Below are positions 40,424-50,782 of a stretch of 64,000 nucleotides of DNA, one piece after another (position 1 is the first letter of the stretch; every line of letters begins with the position of its first letter). Below the pieces are notes generated by a model. That model was given only the letters and a program-made list of their open reading frames with translations. It did not search any database and had not been told where the DNA came from. The translations under genes were made by a program, and so were the position numbers. The stretch lies in the NCBI GenBank assembly GCA_965140705.1, contig OZ223300.1, positions 1,024,001 to 1,088,000 on the forward strand, written 5' to 3'. The DNA is from an uncultured Arcobacter sp. (GTDB taxonomy: Bacteria; Campylobacterota; Campylobacteria; Campylobacterales; Arcobacteraceae).

Positions 40424-41596
40424 ATGCAAGTTTCAATAAGTAAAATATCAATAGCTCTTTTTTTTATAGTATCTGTAATCTTCTCTACAATATATACTCC
40501 ACAAGCAATATTACCTGTATTAAAAGAAACTTTTCACATAAGTGTATTAGAGACAAATTTATTACTCTCTGGTATGTTATTTGTTTTGATGTTTTCAACA
40601 CCTTTTTATGCTCCCATATCAAATAGATTTGGAAAGAAAAAAATCATGGTATTTTGTACTTTTTTTCTTTTTCTTTCTGTTTTATTATCATCTGTGACTT
40701 CAAATTTTTATGTTCTTCTTTTTAGTAGATTTTTACAAGGAGTATTTGTCCCTGGGATAACAGCAATTATGCTCTCTTATGTTCAAGAGATTTATCCAAA
40801 ATCTCATCGAGGCTTTGGTATGGGTATTTATATGGCAGCAACTAGTTTTGGTGCTGTTATTGGAAGACTATTAGCTGGGTGGATTACTTTTTTATACTCA
40901 TGGAAAATTGCCTTTTTGATATTTGCTATTCTTTTATTTATTGCTTTTTTTGCAATGATTTTTGCTTTGCCAGTTAGTAAATATGAAACTATAAATAAAA
41001 GAGTGATTAATAAGGATGCCTTATTTAGTTTCCTTTCAAATATAAAAATAGTATCAGTATTGATTATTCCCACTGTAGTATTTTTCTCCTTTATGGCAAT
41101 TTCCACTTTTGCCACATATCATTTAGCACAAGAACCTTTTAATTTAGATGCTAGTCAATTGGGTAATATATTTTTAGTCTTGTTATTAGGTGTAATTATA
41201 AGTCCCCTTGCTGGGAGATATTCAGATATTATTGGAAGAGTTAGAATAATATTTTTAGGTATTGCAGTTTTGATTTTAGGTATATTTTTAACTCTATCCC
41301 AATCAATTAGTTTAGTAATAGCTGGACTTGGGCTTGTAACTATGGGAATGTTTTCTGTGCAATCGGTTACACCTACTTATCTAGGAGAATTAGTACCTGA
41401 AAATAAAGCTACAGTATCTATTTTATATCAAAGTTTCTTTTATCTAGGTGGATGTTTAGGAACATTTGTACCCTCTATTGCTTGGGAGTATTATGGATAC
41501 AAAGGAGTTACGATACTTTGTATTATTTTGCTTTTATTTGGAAGTATTTTTTTATTATCTAATATATTGAACATTGAACAAAAAAATAATCTTTAG
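40424..41596 (+). CDS. MFS transporter (YnfM-like)
   Basis: 12 TM; IYTPQAILP, SNRFGKK, SRFLQG. Confidence 0.88.
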   Translation: MQVSISKISIALFFIVSVIFSTIYTPQAILPVLKETFHISVLETNLLLSGMLFVLMFSTPFYAPISNRFGKKKIMVFCTFFLFLSVLLSSVTSNFYVLLFSRFLQGVFVPGITAIMLSYVQEIYPKSHRGFGMGIYMAATSFGAVIGRLLAGWITFLYSWKIAFLIFAILLFIAFFAMIFALPVSKYETINKRVINKDALFSFLSNIKIVSVLIIPTVVFFSFMAISTFATYHLAQEPFNLDASQLGNIFLVLLLGVIISPLAGRYSDIIGRVRIIFLGIAVLILGIFLTLSQSISLVIAGLGLVTMGMFSVQSVTPTYLGELVPENKATVSILYQSFFYLGGCLGTFVPSIAWEYYGYKGVTILCIILLLFGSIFLLSNILNIEQKNNL

Positions 41597-41618
41597 GGAA
41601 AATATTTCCCTAAAGATT
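41588..41618. terminator. Bidirectional terminator
   Basis: AATCTTTAGGGAAA-ATA-TTTCCCTAAAGATT. Confidence 0.75.
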
Positions 41619-42345
41619 ATAAAACTGAAGAAAGAAAGTTTTGTAATTCTGGTGTTTTAGGATTAGCAAAAACTTCATCACTAGGACCAGTTTCCCATAC
41701 TTTTCCATTATGCATAAAGACAACTCTATCACCAATATCTCTAGCAAAATTCATTTCATGTGTTACAAGAACTAAGGTCATACCTTCTTTTGCCAATTGT
41801 TCTAGTACTTTTAAAACTTCACCAACAAGTTCTGGGTCAAGGGCAGATGTAATCTCATCACATAATAAAATTTTTGGAGACATAGCAAGTGATCTAGCTA
41901 TTGCAACACGTTGTTTTTGACCACCTGATAAACTATTTGGGTATTGGTCAAACATTTGATCCATACCAACTTTTTTTAGACACTCTAGAGCTAACTCTCT
42001 ACATTCACTATCTTTTTTACCTAAAACTAATTTAGGAGAAAGCATTACATTTTGTCCTGTAGTTTTGTGAGGATATAGATTAAACCCTTGAAAAATCATA
42101 CCACATACTTTACTTAGTTTTCTAAGTTGTAAGTCATTTGTTGTAACTTCTAAATTATCTACAACGATATTTCCATTTTGATGATCTTCCAATCCATTTA
42201 TACATCTAAGAAGTGTACTTTTACCTGAACCAGATCTTCCAATTATAGAGACAACTTCTCCAGCTTTTATATTAAGATCAATTCCCTTAAGTACATGTTT
42301 TTCTCCATAATACTTATGTACATTCTCGATATTAACTAGAGACAT
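41617..42345 (-). CDS. Polar amino acid-type ABC transporter ATPase
   Basis: GRSGSGKST, LSGGQKQRVAIAR, DEITSALDPE. Confidence 0.93.
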   Translation of the reverse strand: MSLVNIENVHKYYGEKHVLKGIDLNIKAGEVVSIIGRSGSGKSTLLRCINGLEDHQNGNIVVDNLEVTTNDLQLRKLSKVCGMIFQGFNLYPHKTTGQNVMLSPKLVLGKKDSECRELALECLKKVGMDQMFDQYPNSLSGGQKQRVAIARSLAMSPKILLCDEITSALDPELVGEVLKVLEQLAKEGMTLVLVTHEMNFARDIGDRVVFMHNGKVWETGPSDEVFANPKTPELQNFLSSVL

Positions 42346-42982
42346 TTAATTTCCTTTCTAAATATTTGCTATATCGTGTTAGGGGATAGCAAATTACAAA
42401 ATATAATATTGCAACCATTGTAAATACTTTAAATGGTTCAAATGTTGCATTATTTAACATAGTTCCTGCTTTTGTAAGCTCAACAAAACCAATAATAGAA
42501 GCTAATGCTGTTCCTTTTACAACTTGAACTGAAAACCCAATAGTAGGAGCTGTTGCTACTCTTATTGATTGGGGAATAATTACATGAATCATTGATTGAT
42601 AATAGTTTAGTCCCATAGTTTTACAAGCTTCCCATTGTCCTTTTGGAACAGAGTTTAAACAACCACTCCAAATCTCACATAAAAAAGCACTAGTAAAAAG
42701 TGTTAAAGCTAAACTAGCAGCCGTCCATGCACCTACATCAAGACCTATTAATGATAAACCAAAAAATGCCAAAAATAACTGCATAAGAAGAGGAGTTCCT
42801 TGAAAAACTTCCACATAAATTTTAATTAAACCTGATAAGAAAGGGTTGTTTGTCATACGGATTAATATAAGTAATCCAGCAACAACCCCACCTCCAATAA
42901 AGGCTATAAGTGACAATAAAACCGTCCATCTTGCAGCCAATAAAAGGTTTTGTAATATGTCTAAAGTTGTAAAATCGCTCAT
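42332..42982 (-). CDS. Polar amino acid-type ABC permease
   Basis: FQGTPLLMQLF, VPKGQWEA. Confidence 0.92.
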   Translation of the reverse strand: MSDFTTLDILQNLLLAARWTVLLSLIAFIGGGVVAGLLILIRMTNNPFLSGLIKIYVEVFQGTPLLMQLFLAFFGLSLIGLDVGAWTAASLALTLFTSAFLCEIWSGCLNSVPKGQWEACKTMGLNYYQSMIHVIIPQSIRVATAPTIGFSVQVVKGTALASIIGFVELTKAGTMLNNATFEPFKVFTMVAILYFVICYPLTRYSKYLERKLNVSS

Positions 42983-42983
42983 A

Positions 42984-43664
42984 TTAATTCCCCTCTTTCA
43001 TTGCTTTCATTTTAAATAGTTTTTCACTAATTATTGTAAGTATATATCTTAGAATAATTGCAAGTAATAAATATATTGCAGTAATTAAAAAATATGATTC
43101 AAAACTCAAAAATGTACGTGATTGTATAAAATTGGCTGTAAAAGTTAATTCTTCAACAGAAATTTGAGATAAAACAGATGAACCTAACATCACAATTACG
43201 CATTGACTTATAAGTGCTGGAGATATTCTATTAAACGCTTGTGGCAAAATAATATGAATAAAAATTTGTGACCATTTTAAACCCATTGTTTTACCAGCTT
43301 CCCATTGCCCTTTATCAGTAGCTTCTATACCAGCTCTTATAATCTCAGTTGAATATGCCCCAAGATTTATAACCATTGCAATCATTCCAGCTTCTAATGC
43401 CGTTAGTTTAAATCCAATAGTTGGTAAACCAAAAAATATAAAAAATAGTTGTACTATAAAAGGTGTATTTCTTATAACTTCTACAAAAGCACCAACAAGA
43501 TTTTGTAAGAACATGTTATCCCCAACTCTTGATGCTGCTCCAAGAATACCAAAAGTAACACCTAAAATAGTTGTGAAGATAGTAATTTGTATAGTTAAAA
43601 GTAAACCAGATACTATCTCTTTATAATAAGGCATTAATCCTACAAAGTCTAATTGATAATCCAT
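42984..43664 (-). CDS. Polar amino acid-type ABC permease
   Basis: RNTPFIVQLF, EIIRAGIEA..KGQWEA. Confidence 0.92.
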   Translation of the reverse strand: MDYQLDFVGLMPYYKEIVSGLLLTIQITIFTTILGVTFGILGAASRVGDNMFLQNLVGAFVEVIRNTPFIVQLFFIFFGLPTIGFKLTALEAGMIAMVINLGAYSTEIIRAGIEATDKGQWEAGKTMGLKWSQIFIHIILPQAFNRISPALISQCVIVMLGSSVLSQISVEELTFTANFIQSRTFLSFESYFLITAIYLLLAIILRYILTIISEKLFKMKAMKEGN

Positions 43665-43678
43665 TATATACCTTATTT

Positions 43679-44458
43679 TTATAAGTCTTTTGGAAGACTA
43701 ATTTTTAACCATTTTTTAGAAGTTTCATTTAGTTTCCCATTTGATTTTAATTCTTTAATTAAATTATTTAAAAATGCTTTTAATTCAGGTTGGTTTTTTC
43801 TAATTCCTATATAACAAGGAGAATTTTTAATTGCAAATTTAGTCACGGGAGCTGTATTTGGATATTTTGAAGCAATATCACTGATGATAACATTCCCTGT
43901 TGCTATTAATTTAACTTGTCCAGAAACAAAAGCAGAGATTGTTGTACTATTATCTTCAAATCTTTTAATAGTAACAGATGAATCAACTAATTTGCTCAAT
44001 TCAATGTCTTCAACAGAACCTCTAGTTACACCTACTGTTTTACCCTTTAAATCAGCTACTGATGATACTTTTATATCTTTAGTCCCAAATACTCCTAAGA
44101 AAAAAGGTGCATAAGCATTTGTAAAATCAATCGCTTTTTCTCTTGCTGGATTTTTACCTAAACTTGAGATGATTAAGTCAGCTTTTCCTGTTTGTAAATA
44201 TGGAATTCTATTTGCACTAGTTACAGGTACTAATTTAAGTTTAACACCTAATTTTTCAGCAATGTATTTAGCCATATCTATATCATAACCTTGAACACTC
44301 ATATCCTTAGAGACTGAACCAAATGGTGGAAAATCTTGAGGAACAGCTACTTTAATTATCCCTTCTTCTTTTATATCTGCTAATTGATTTGCACTCAATA
44401 AACTTACACTTAATAGTGCTCCCATAGCAATTGCTTTTAATAGAACTTTCTTAAACAT
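43679..44458 (-). CDS. ABC binding protein family 3 (possibly ureide/allantoate)
   Basis: ATG 44458 after AAAGGA; signal peptide; PQDFPPFG, GYDID, NRIPYLQ; substrate inferred from context. Confidence 0.88.
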   Translation of the reverse strand: MFKKVLLKAIAMGALLSVSLLSANQLADIKEEGIIKVAVPQDFPPFGSVSKDMSVQGYDIDMAKYIAEKLGVKLKLVPVTSANRIPYLQTGKADLIISSLGKNPAREKAIDFTNAYAPFFLGVFGTKDIKVSSVADLKGKTVGVTRGSVEDIELSKLVDSSVTIKRFEDNSTTISAFVSGQVKLIATGNVIISDIASKYPNTAPVTKFAIKNSPCYIGIRKNQPELKAFLNNLIKELKSNGKLNETSKKWLKISLPKDL

Positions 44459-44479
44459 TTTTTTTCCTTTTAGAAATAT

Positions 44480-44670
44480 TGTTGACACTTTTAGATAAAT
44501 TTTTAAAAAATAAATTAATCTATGTGAATCATGTGAACAATTTTAGAAGTAAATGTTTACAATGTCAACATAAATACTGTATAAAAAATATACAGAATCT
44601 TTAAAATAGCTATATTAAACTTTAATTGTATATTTTTTATACAATTATTGTCTAAAATAATTGTAGACAA
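44480..44670. promoter_or_regulatory. Divergent promoter with two TGTATA-N5-TATACA sites and five TGT-N2-ACA boxes
   Basis: Palindromes at 44578-44594 and 44627-44643; TGTnnACA at 44480, 44532, 44554, 44563 and 44662. Confidence 0.65.
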
Positions 44671-44705
44671 TATTGTATAATTGTTACATATATAAAGGAG
44701 CAGAT

Positions 44706-45401
44706 ATGAAAAATGAAACTATTGAACTTTCTATTGAAGAAACTATTATCAATTATATATTTGATGAAATATTTGATAAAAAGTTTCAACCAGGTATGAA
44801 GCTTCCAGAAAGTGCTTTTGCTCAAATATTTAATGTAAGCAGAGATTCTGTTAGAAAAGCCTTTAGTCAATTACAAAGTATGGGAATAGTTACATATAAA
44901 AAGAATCAAGGATTTTTTTTAAAATGGTTGACACAAGAAGATACAAAAGATGTTTATGCAGCAAGAAATATAATAGAAGTAGGAATTATTACAATAATAA
45001 CTCAGAAATATTCTTTGGGACAAATTGATTTATCATCACTTAAAAATGAAGTTGAAACAGAAAAATATCTAAAAACTACATTTAGAAATGGGGAATATGT
45101 AAAAACATCTTGTGACTTTCATCTTAACTTAGCCTTTCTAAGTGGAAATGAATTTTTAATCAATGCACTTACTCCTTTAATACCATTAAGTATTTTAGCA
45201 GGGCTTGTTTATGAAGATAGCACTTCTCACTTTTGTTCTTATGATGAACATAATAATTTAATCAAAGCAATTGAGTCAAATGATATAGAATATGCAAAAA
45301 GCATTATGAATCATCATTTACACCATTGTGTAGAGGCTTTAAATTTTGAAAAAACTAATAGACAAATAACACCTATAATTAATTTAAAAGTAAAATCATG
45401 A
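44706..45401 (+). CDS. GntR (FadR subfamily, FCD domain) regulator
   Basis: AAGGAG RBS before ATG 44706; PGMKLPE, FNVSR..VRKA, DFH, EH..LI.AI. Confidence 0.92.
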   Translation: MKNETIELSIEETIINYIFDEIFDKKFQPGMKLPESAFAQIFNVSRDSVRKAFSQLQSMGIVTYKKNQGFFLKWLTQEDTKDVYAARNIIEVGIITIITQKYSLGQIDLSSLKNEVETEKYLKTTFRNGEYVKTSCDFHLNLAFLSGNEFLINALTPLIPLSILAGLVYEDSTSHFCSYDEHNNLIKAIESNDIEYAKSIMNHHLHHCVEALNFEKTNRQITPIINLKVKS

Positions 45402-46315
45402 ATTATGAAGAACAATACCCAAGAGATATGGTAGGTTATGCAAATGAACCTATTAATCCCAAATGGCCAAATAAAGCAAAAATAGCTCTACAGTTTGTAC
45501 TTAATTATGAAGAAGGAGCCGAAAGTTCAATTTTACATGGTGATGATGCTTCAGAAGTTTTTTTATCAGAAATGAATAATCCCCAAGCTTTTATAGGACA
45601 AAGGCATAAATCAATTGAATCACTTTATGAGTATGGTTCAAGGGTTGGTGTATGGAGAATATTAAAACTATTTAAAGAGTTTGATATTCCAATTACAGTT
45701 TTTGCTGTAGCAATGGCAGTAGCAAGAAATCCAAAACTTGCAGAATATTTGACTTTGCATAATTATGATATTTGCTCACATGGATACAGATGGATAAATT
45801 ATCAAAATATTAGTAAAGAGTTAGAAAGAGACCATTTATACAAAAGTATAGAAATTTTAGAAAAAATGATAGGTACAAGACCTCTTGGTTGGTATACAGG
45901 GCGAGATAGTGAAAATACGAGACAGTTAATAGTTGAAGAGGGTGGTTTTTTATATGATAGTGATGCTTATAATGATGATTTACCTTATTTTGCAAATGAT
46001 GTACCAAAAGATATTGAGCACTTAATTATTCCATATACTATGGATAATAATGATATGAGATTTGTACCAAGTGGTTTTAATAATGGTGAGCAGTTTTTTA
46101 ATTATCTAAAGGATAGTTTTGATGTACTTTATTTAGAAGGTTCATATTCACCTAAAATGATGTCTATAGGAATGCATTGTCGGATTATAGGAAAACCTGG
46201 AAGAATAATGGCTATGAGAAGATTTTTAGAGTATGTAAGAAATTTTGATGATGTATGGTTTTGCACTAGATTAGATATAGCAAACCATTGGATTAATAAT
46301 TTTGGAAAAAAGTAA
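45398..46315 (+). CDS. puuE: Allantoinase PuuE (polysaccharide deacetylase fold)
   Basis: YPRDMVGY, LNYEEGAE, YEYGSRVG.WR, HGYRW, GWYTGR, PYT.D.NDMRF, GMHCR. Confidence 0.93.
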   Translation: MNYEEQYPRDMVGYANEPINPKWPNKAKIALQFVLNYEEGAESSILHGDDASEVFLSEMNNPQAFIGQRHKSIESLYEYGSRVGVWRILKLFKEFDIPITVFAVAMAVARNPKLAEYLTLHNYDICSHGYRWINYQNISKELERDHLYKSIEILEKMIGTRPLGWYTGRDSENTRQLIVEEGGFLYDSDAYNDDLPYFANDVPKDIEHLIIPYTMDNNDMRFVPSGFNNGEQFFNYLKDSFDVLYLEGSYSPKMMSIGMHCRIIGKPGRIMAMRRFLEYVRNFDDVWFCTRLDIANHWINNFGKK

Positions 46316-46324
46316 AGGATTTTA

Positions 46325-47329
46325 ATGATTAATGTAACAAGTTTAGATTTAGGAACAAAAATTTTATATGTAAGTGATGAGTTTTTTGCAAAAGCAGAAG
46401 ACATGCTATTAGAAACACAAGCTGTATTTAAAGATGAATATGATGAAAATGGACATTGGATGGATGGTTGGGAAACTAGAAGACGAAGAGATAATCAAAA
46501 TGATTTTTGTATTATTAAGTTAGGAACAAGTTCTAAAATAAACTCTTTTGAAGTTGATACTGCTCATTTTAAAGGAAACTATCCCTTAGCTGTTTCAATT
46601 AAAGCTTGTTATGCAAAAGATATAAATGATGAGGACATAATAAATCACCCAGAAAATTTTGAGTGGAAAGAGTTACTTGTACAAAGTGATTTAACAGGTG
46701 ATACAAAACATGATTTTAAATCTTCTTGTCAAGATGAAGTTACCCATCTTAGAATGGATATTTATCCAGATGGTGGAATTGCAAGATTTAAAGCCTTTGG
46801 AACAATCTGTTTTGATGAAAAACTTTATGATGTGGATAATACAAATGTTATTTCTATGTTAAGTGGGGCAAGAGCAGTTACTGCAAATAATGAGTTTTTT
46901 GGTGCTTTAAAAAATATTCTAAAAGAAAAAGATGCTTTATATATGGGAGATGGTTGGGAGACTAGAAGAAGAAGAAAACCAGGTTTTGATTGGGGAATTA
47001 TAGAGTTATCAAGACCCGCAATTATTGATAATATAATGTTAGACACAAACTTTTTTAAAGGTAACTTTCCTGATTCTTTTTCTATTTGTAGTGCCTATAT
47101 AAAAGAGTCAACTGACAATTCAATAATAACACAGAGTATTTTTTGGGAAGAGTTAATACCAAGCCAAAAACTTGAAATGGACAATAAACACTATTATAAT
47201 AAAAGTTTTTTATTACACAATAAACCAATTACACATATAAGAATAAATATTTTTCCTGATGGAGGTATTTCACGGCTTAAACTTTTTGGTAAGTTTATAA
47301 AAGATGAAGAGTTGAAATATTTAGCATGA
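46325..47329 (+). CDS. alc: Allantoicase
   Basis: Duplicated DGWETRRRR, DT..FKGN.P and PDGG..R motifs. Confidence 0.95.
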   Translation: MINVTSLDLGTKILYVSDEFFAKAEDMLLETQAVFKDEYDENGHWMDGWETRRRRDNQNDFCIIKLGTSSKINSFEVDTAHFKGNYPLAVSIKACYAKDINDEDIINHPENFEWKELLVQSDLTGDTKHDFKSSCQDEVTHLRMDIYPDGGIARFKAFGTICFDEKLYDVDNTNVISMLSGARAVTANNEFFGALKNILKEKDALYMGDGWETRRRRKPGFDWGIIELSRPAIIDNIMLDTNFFKGNFPDSFSICSAYIKESTDNSIITQSIFWEELIPSQKLEMDNKHYYNKSFLLHNKPITHIRINIFPDGGISRLKLFGKFIKDEELKYLA

Positions 47330-47841
47330 GAAGAGTTATAAAAACAGAGGTTCTTACAAAGAAAGCTTTTAGAGAGTATGGAGAAGTGATTTCTACAGAA
47401 GATAGTGCTTCCAAAATCATAAATGATGGCTTTGCAAAAAAACATTATGAACTTTGTATTATAGATGCAAATGAAAAAAATGGGAAATCAACACTTCATA
47501 TATATGAAGCAAAAAAAAGAGAATTTCCTTTAAAAATTTCTATGTTAGAAAAACATCCATTTTTCTCACAAACTTTTATGCCAAGAAGTGTAAAACCATT
47601 TTTTGCTGTTGTTGCACTTGGAGAAGATGAACCTGATTTATCTACTTTAAAAGCATTTATGACAAATGGTAACCAAGGGGTTCATTATAATAGAGGGGTT
47701 TGGCATTTCCCTTTAATTAGCTTAGAAAATAATGAACAGTTTATTGTCATAGATAGAACTGATTGTGGTAAATATGAAAATAAAGTTGTAGAGTGCATTG
47801 AATTTGAAATTAAAGAGGAAATATATCTTTTAAATGAATAG
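47326..47841 (+). CDS. allA: Ureidoglycolate lyase
   Basis: MLEKHP..SQTF.P, QGV.YNRGVWH.PL, F.VIDR. Confidence 0.92.
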   Translation: MRRVIKTEVLTKKAFREYGEVISTEDSASKIINDGFAKKHYELCIIDANEKNGKSTLHIYEAKKREFPLKISMLEKHPFFSQTFMPRSVKPFFAVVALGEDEPDLSTLKAFMTNGNQGVHYNRGVWHFPLISLENNEQFIVIDRTDCGKYENKVVECIEFEIKEEIYLLNE

Positions 47842-47851
47842 TTTTTATACA
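47835..47851. promoter_or_regulatory. One-mismatch TGTATA-N5-TATACA site upstream of the urease structural genes
   Basis: TGAATA-GTTTT-TATACA, 31 nt before TATACT (47883-47888). Confidence 0.55.
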
Positions 47852-47940
47852 AATAAAAAAAGATAAATCTAACTAATAAGGTTATACTTAACACAATAAA
47901 TTAAATTAGTAAAAAAAGAGATTTAAAAAAGGAGAACTAG

Positions 47941-48621
47941 ATGTTTCTAACAAATCGTGAACAAGAAAGATTGATGATTTATACAGCTTCAAAATTGGCA
48001 CTTGAACGTAAAGAAAAAGGTTTAAGACTAAATTATCCAGAAGCTGTTGCAATCTTGAGTTCATACATTCTTGAAGGTGCAAGGGAAGGTAAAACTGTAG
48101 CACAACTTATGGTTGATGCTACAAAAGTTTTAGGCGAAGAAGATGTTATGGATGGAATTGCTTCTATGATGCATATGGTTCAAATAGAAGCTACCTTTGA
48201 TGATGGTACAAAACTTGTCACTGTTCACAATCCTATTACTACAAGTAAAAAAGCAAAAATAGAGCCGGGTGAATATTTTGTAAATGAAGGTGAAATAACT
48301 CTAAATGAAAATAAAGAACTTACCACAATAGAAGTAGAAAACAAAGGTGATAGACCAGTACAAATTGGATCACACTATCACTTTTTTGAAGTTAATAAGG
48401 AACTCGCTTTTGATAGAGCACAAGCTTATGGCAAAAGACTTGATGTTCCAGCAGGAACTTCAGTGCGATTTGAGCCAGGTTCAATAAAAGAGATAAATTT
48501 AATAGAGTTTAGTGGAAAAAGATATATGAGTGGATTTAATGGTTTAGTTGAGGGATTTTTAGATGATGTTCCAACAAAAGAAAATGCCATGAAAAATTTA
48601 GAAAAGTTCCTAGGAGTATAA
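47941..48621 (+). CDS. ureA: Urease fused gamma/beta subunit
   Basis: [23 protein letters not shown] fused to PGE..., [17 protein letters not shown]. Confidence 0.96.
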   Translation: MFLTNREQERLMIYTASKLALERKEKGLRLNYPEAVAILSSYILEGAREGKTVAQLMVDATKVLGEEDVMDGIASMMHMVQIEATFDDGTKLVTVHNPITTSKKAKIEPGEYFVNEGEITLNENKELTTIEVENKGDRPVQIGSHYHFFEVNKELAFDRAQAYGKRLDVPAGTSVRFEPGSIKEINLIEFSGKRYMSGFNGLVEGFLDDVPTKENAMKNLEKFLGV

Positions 48622-48622
48622 G

Positions 48623-50326
48623 ATGAAAATATCAAAAGAAAAATATGCTTCAATGTATGGACCAACAACTGGTGATAGATTTAGACTTGCCGATACATCT
48701 TTAATAGCTAAGATAGAAAAAGATTATACAACTTATGGAGAAGAGAGTAAGTTTGGTGGTGGTAAAACAGTAAGAGATGGTATGGCACAAAGTCCAACGG
48801 CTGTTGATGTTGCTGATTTGATTATTACAAATGCTGTTATTATTGATTATACAGGTATTTATAAAGCTGATATTGGTATTAAAGATGGAGTAATATCTGC
48901 TATTGGAAAATCTGGAAATCCAAATCTTTGTGATGGTATTACAGAAGGTTTAGAAATAGGCGCAAATACAGAAATATTGTCTGCTGAGGGTAAAATCATA
49001 ACTGCTGGTGGTATAGATTCTCATATTCACTTTATAAGTCCTGGTCAAATTGATGTGGCATTAGCTAGTGGAGTTACTACTATGGTAGGTGGTGGAACTG
49101 GACCAAATACAGGAACAAATGCCACAACTTGTACCCCAGGTGAGTGGAATATAGGTAAGATGATACAAAGCGTAGATAACTTACCACTTAACTTTGGTTT
49201 TATGGGAAAAGGAAATAGTTCTTGTAAAGAGGCTTTAGAGGTTCAAATAAAAGCTGGAGCTATGGGATTAAAACTGCATGAGGATTGGGGAAGTACACCA
49301 AAAGCTATTGATACTTGTTTAAGTGTTGCTGATGAGTATGATGTACAAGTTGCTATTCATACAGATACTTTAAATGAATCGGGATTTGTTGATAATACAG
49401 TTGACTCTTTTAAAGATAGAACAATACATACCTTCCATAGTGAAGGAGCAGGTGGTGGACATGCACCTGATATTATGAAAGTGGCTGGACTAGCAAATAT
49501 ATTACCATCAAGTACTAATCCCACTTTGCCGTATACAAAAAACACTATTGAAGAACATCTGGATATGCTCATGGTATGTCACCATTTAAGTCCAAAAATT
49601 CCTGAAGATGTAAGTTTTGCAGAGAGCAGAATTAGAGGTAAGACAATTGCAGCTGAAGATGTGTTACATGACTTGGGAGCTATTAGTATCACTAGTAGCG
49701 ATTCACAAGCTATGGGAAGAGTAGGGGAAGTACTTACAAGAACTTGGCAAGTGGCAGACTCTATGAAAAAACAAAGAGGTGCTTTATATGGAGATGATGA
49801 ATTAAGTGATAATAATAGAATCAAAAGATATATCGCAAAATATACTATAAATCCAGCAATCGCTTGTGGAATAGATGAGTATGTGGGAAGTGTAGAAGTT
49901 GGTAAGATGGCTGACCTAGTTTTATGGAATAGAGCATTTTTTGGAGTAAAACCTGAGATTATTATTAAAGGTGGATTTATAGCACTTAGTATGATGGGTG
50001 ATTCAAATGCTTCAATTCCAACACCTGAACCAAATATGTATAGACCTATGTTTGGAAGTTTAGGCAAAGCCCCAGCAAAAACAAGTGCAATCTTTACTTC
50101 AAATATAGCAATTGAAGAAGGTATAAAAGAGAAACTTGAAATCGATAAAGCTGTACTTGCTGTTAAAAATACAAGAAATATAGGTAAAAAAGATATGAAG
50201 TTAAATGATTTTATTGGGGATATTGAAGTTAATCCTGAAACTTATGATGTAACAGTAAATGGTGAGATAATAGAGTCAAACTATGTGTCAGTAGTACCAA
50301 TGGCAAAAAAATATTTTATGTTCTAG
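48623..50326 (+). CDS. ureC: Urease alpha (catalytic) subunit (UreB in Helicobacter naming)
   Basis: [39 protein letters not shown]. Confidence 0.98.
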   Translation: MKISKEKYASMYGPTTGDRFRLADTSLIAKIEKDYTTYGEESKFGGGKTVRDGMAQSPTAVDVADLIITNAVIIDYTGIYKADIGIKDGVISAIGKSGNPNLCDGITEGLEIGANTEILSAEGKIITAGGIDSHIHFISPGQIDVALASGVTTMVGGGTGPNTGTNATTCTPGEWNIGKMIQSVDNLPLNFGFMGKGNSSCKEALEVQIKAGAMGLKLHEDWGSTPKAIDTCLSVADEYDVQVAIHTDTLNESGFVDNTVDSFKDRTIHTFHSEGAGGGHAPDIMKVAGLANILPSSTNPTLPYTKNTIEEHLDMLMVCHHLSPKIPEDVSFAESRIRGKTIAAEDVLHDLGAISITSSDSQAMGRVGEVLTRTWQVADSMKKQRGALYGDDELSDNNRIKRYIAKYTINPAIACGIDEYVGSVEVGKMADLVLWNRAFFGVKPEIIIKGGFIALSMMGDSNASIPTPEPNMYRPMFGSLGKAPAKTSAIFTSNIAIEEGIKEKLEIDKAVLAVKNTRNIGKKDMKLNDFIGDIEVNPETYDVTVNGEIIESNYVSVVPMAKKYFMF

Positions 50327-50335
50327 GAGGATAGT

Positions 50336-50782
50336 TTGTCAAATTGTATGATAAAAAAAGTTGTGGAGATAAGTAAGGAGATTGAAGCAAATGATGAGGT
50401 TGAGCTATCTTGGTTTGATATGCAAAAACCTAATTTAACGGCAGTAAGTAAAAGTGGAGTAAATTTTGTAGTAAAGGCAAAGTTTACTCATCTACATGAG
50501 AATGATGTTTTAAAATGTGAAGATGGCTATACTATACAAGTAAAAAGAAGTGCCGATGAGATTTTTATTTTAGAGTTTTCAGATGCTTTAGTTTTTGCAA
50601 AAACTGCATATGAAATAGGAAATAGACACCAGCCTGTGATGATTGAAGAGTTTAAAATAACTGTTTTAGATGATATTTCATTAGGAGATATTATACAAGA
50701 GTGTTATAAAAATGATGATATAAATGTGGAAAAAACAAAAGGGTATTTTAAACCAAATGGTAAAGCACACCACTCACACTAA
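50336..50782 (+). CDS. ureE: Urease accessory nickel chaperone
   Basis: AYEIGNRH motif, C-terminal HHSH; AGGAGG before TTG. Confidence 0.88.
   Translation: MSNCMIKKVVEISKEIEANDEVELSWFDMQKPNLTAVSKSGVNFVVKAKFTHLHENDVLKCEDGYTIQVKRSADEIFILEFSDALVFAKTAYEIGNRHQPVMIEEFKITVLDDISLGDIIQECYKNDDINVEKTKGYFKPNGKAHHSH

Noticed and set aside
38878..47329. TGA stops of urtD, gntR and alc as Sec readthrough
   Set aside because: Proteins are full length, stops overlap or abut the next start codon, and no SECIS-like hairpin was seen
47941..48621. Urease gamma-beta fusion as unusual
   Set aside because: Known arrangement in Helicobacter and relatives
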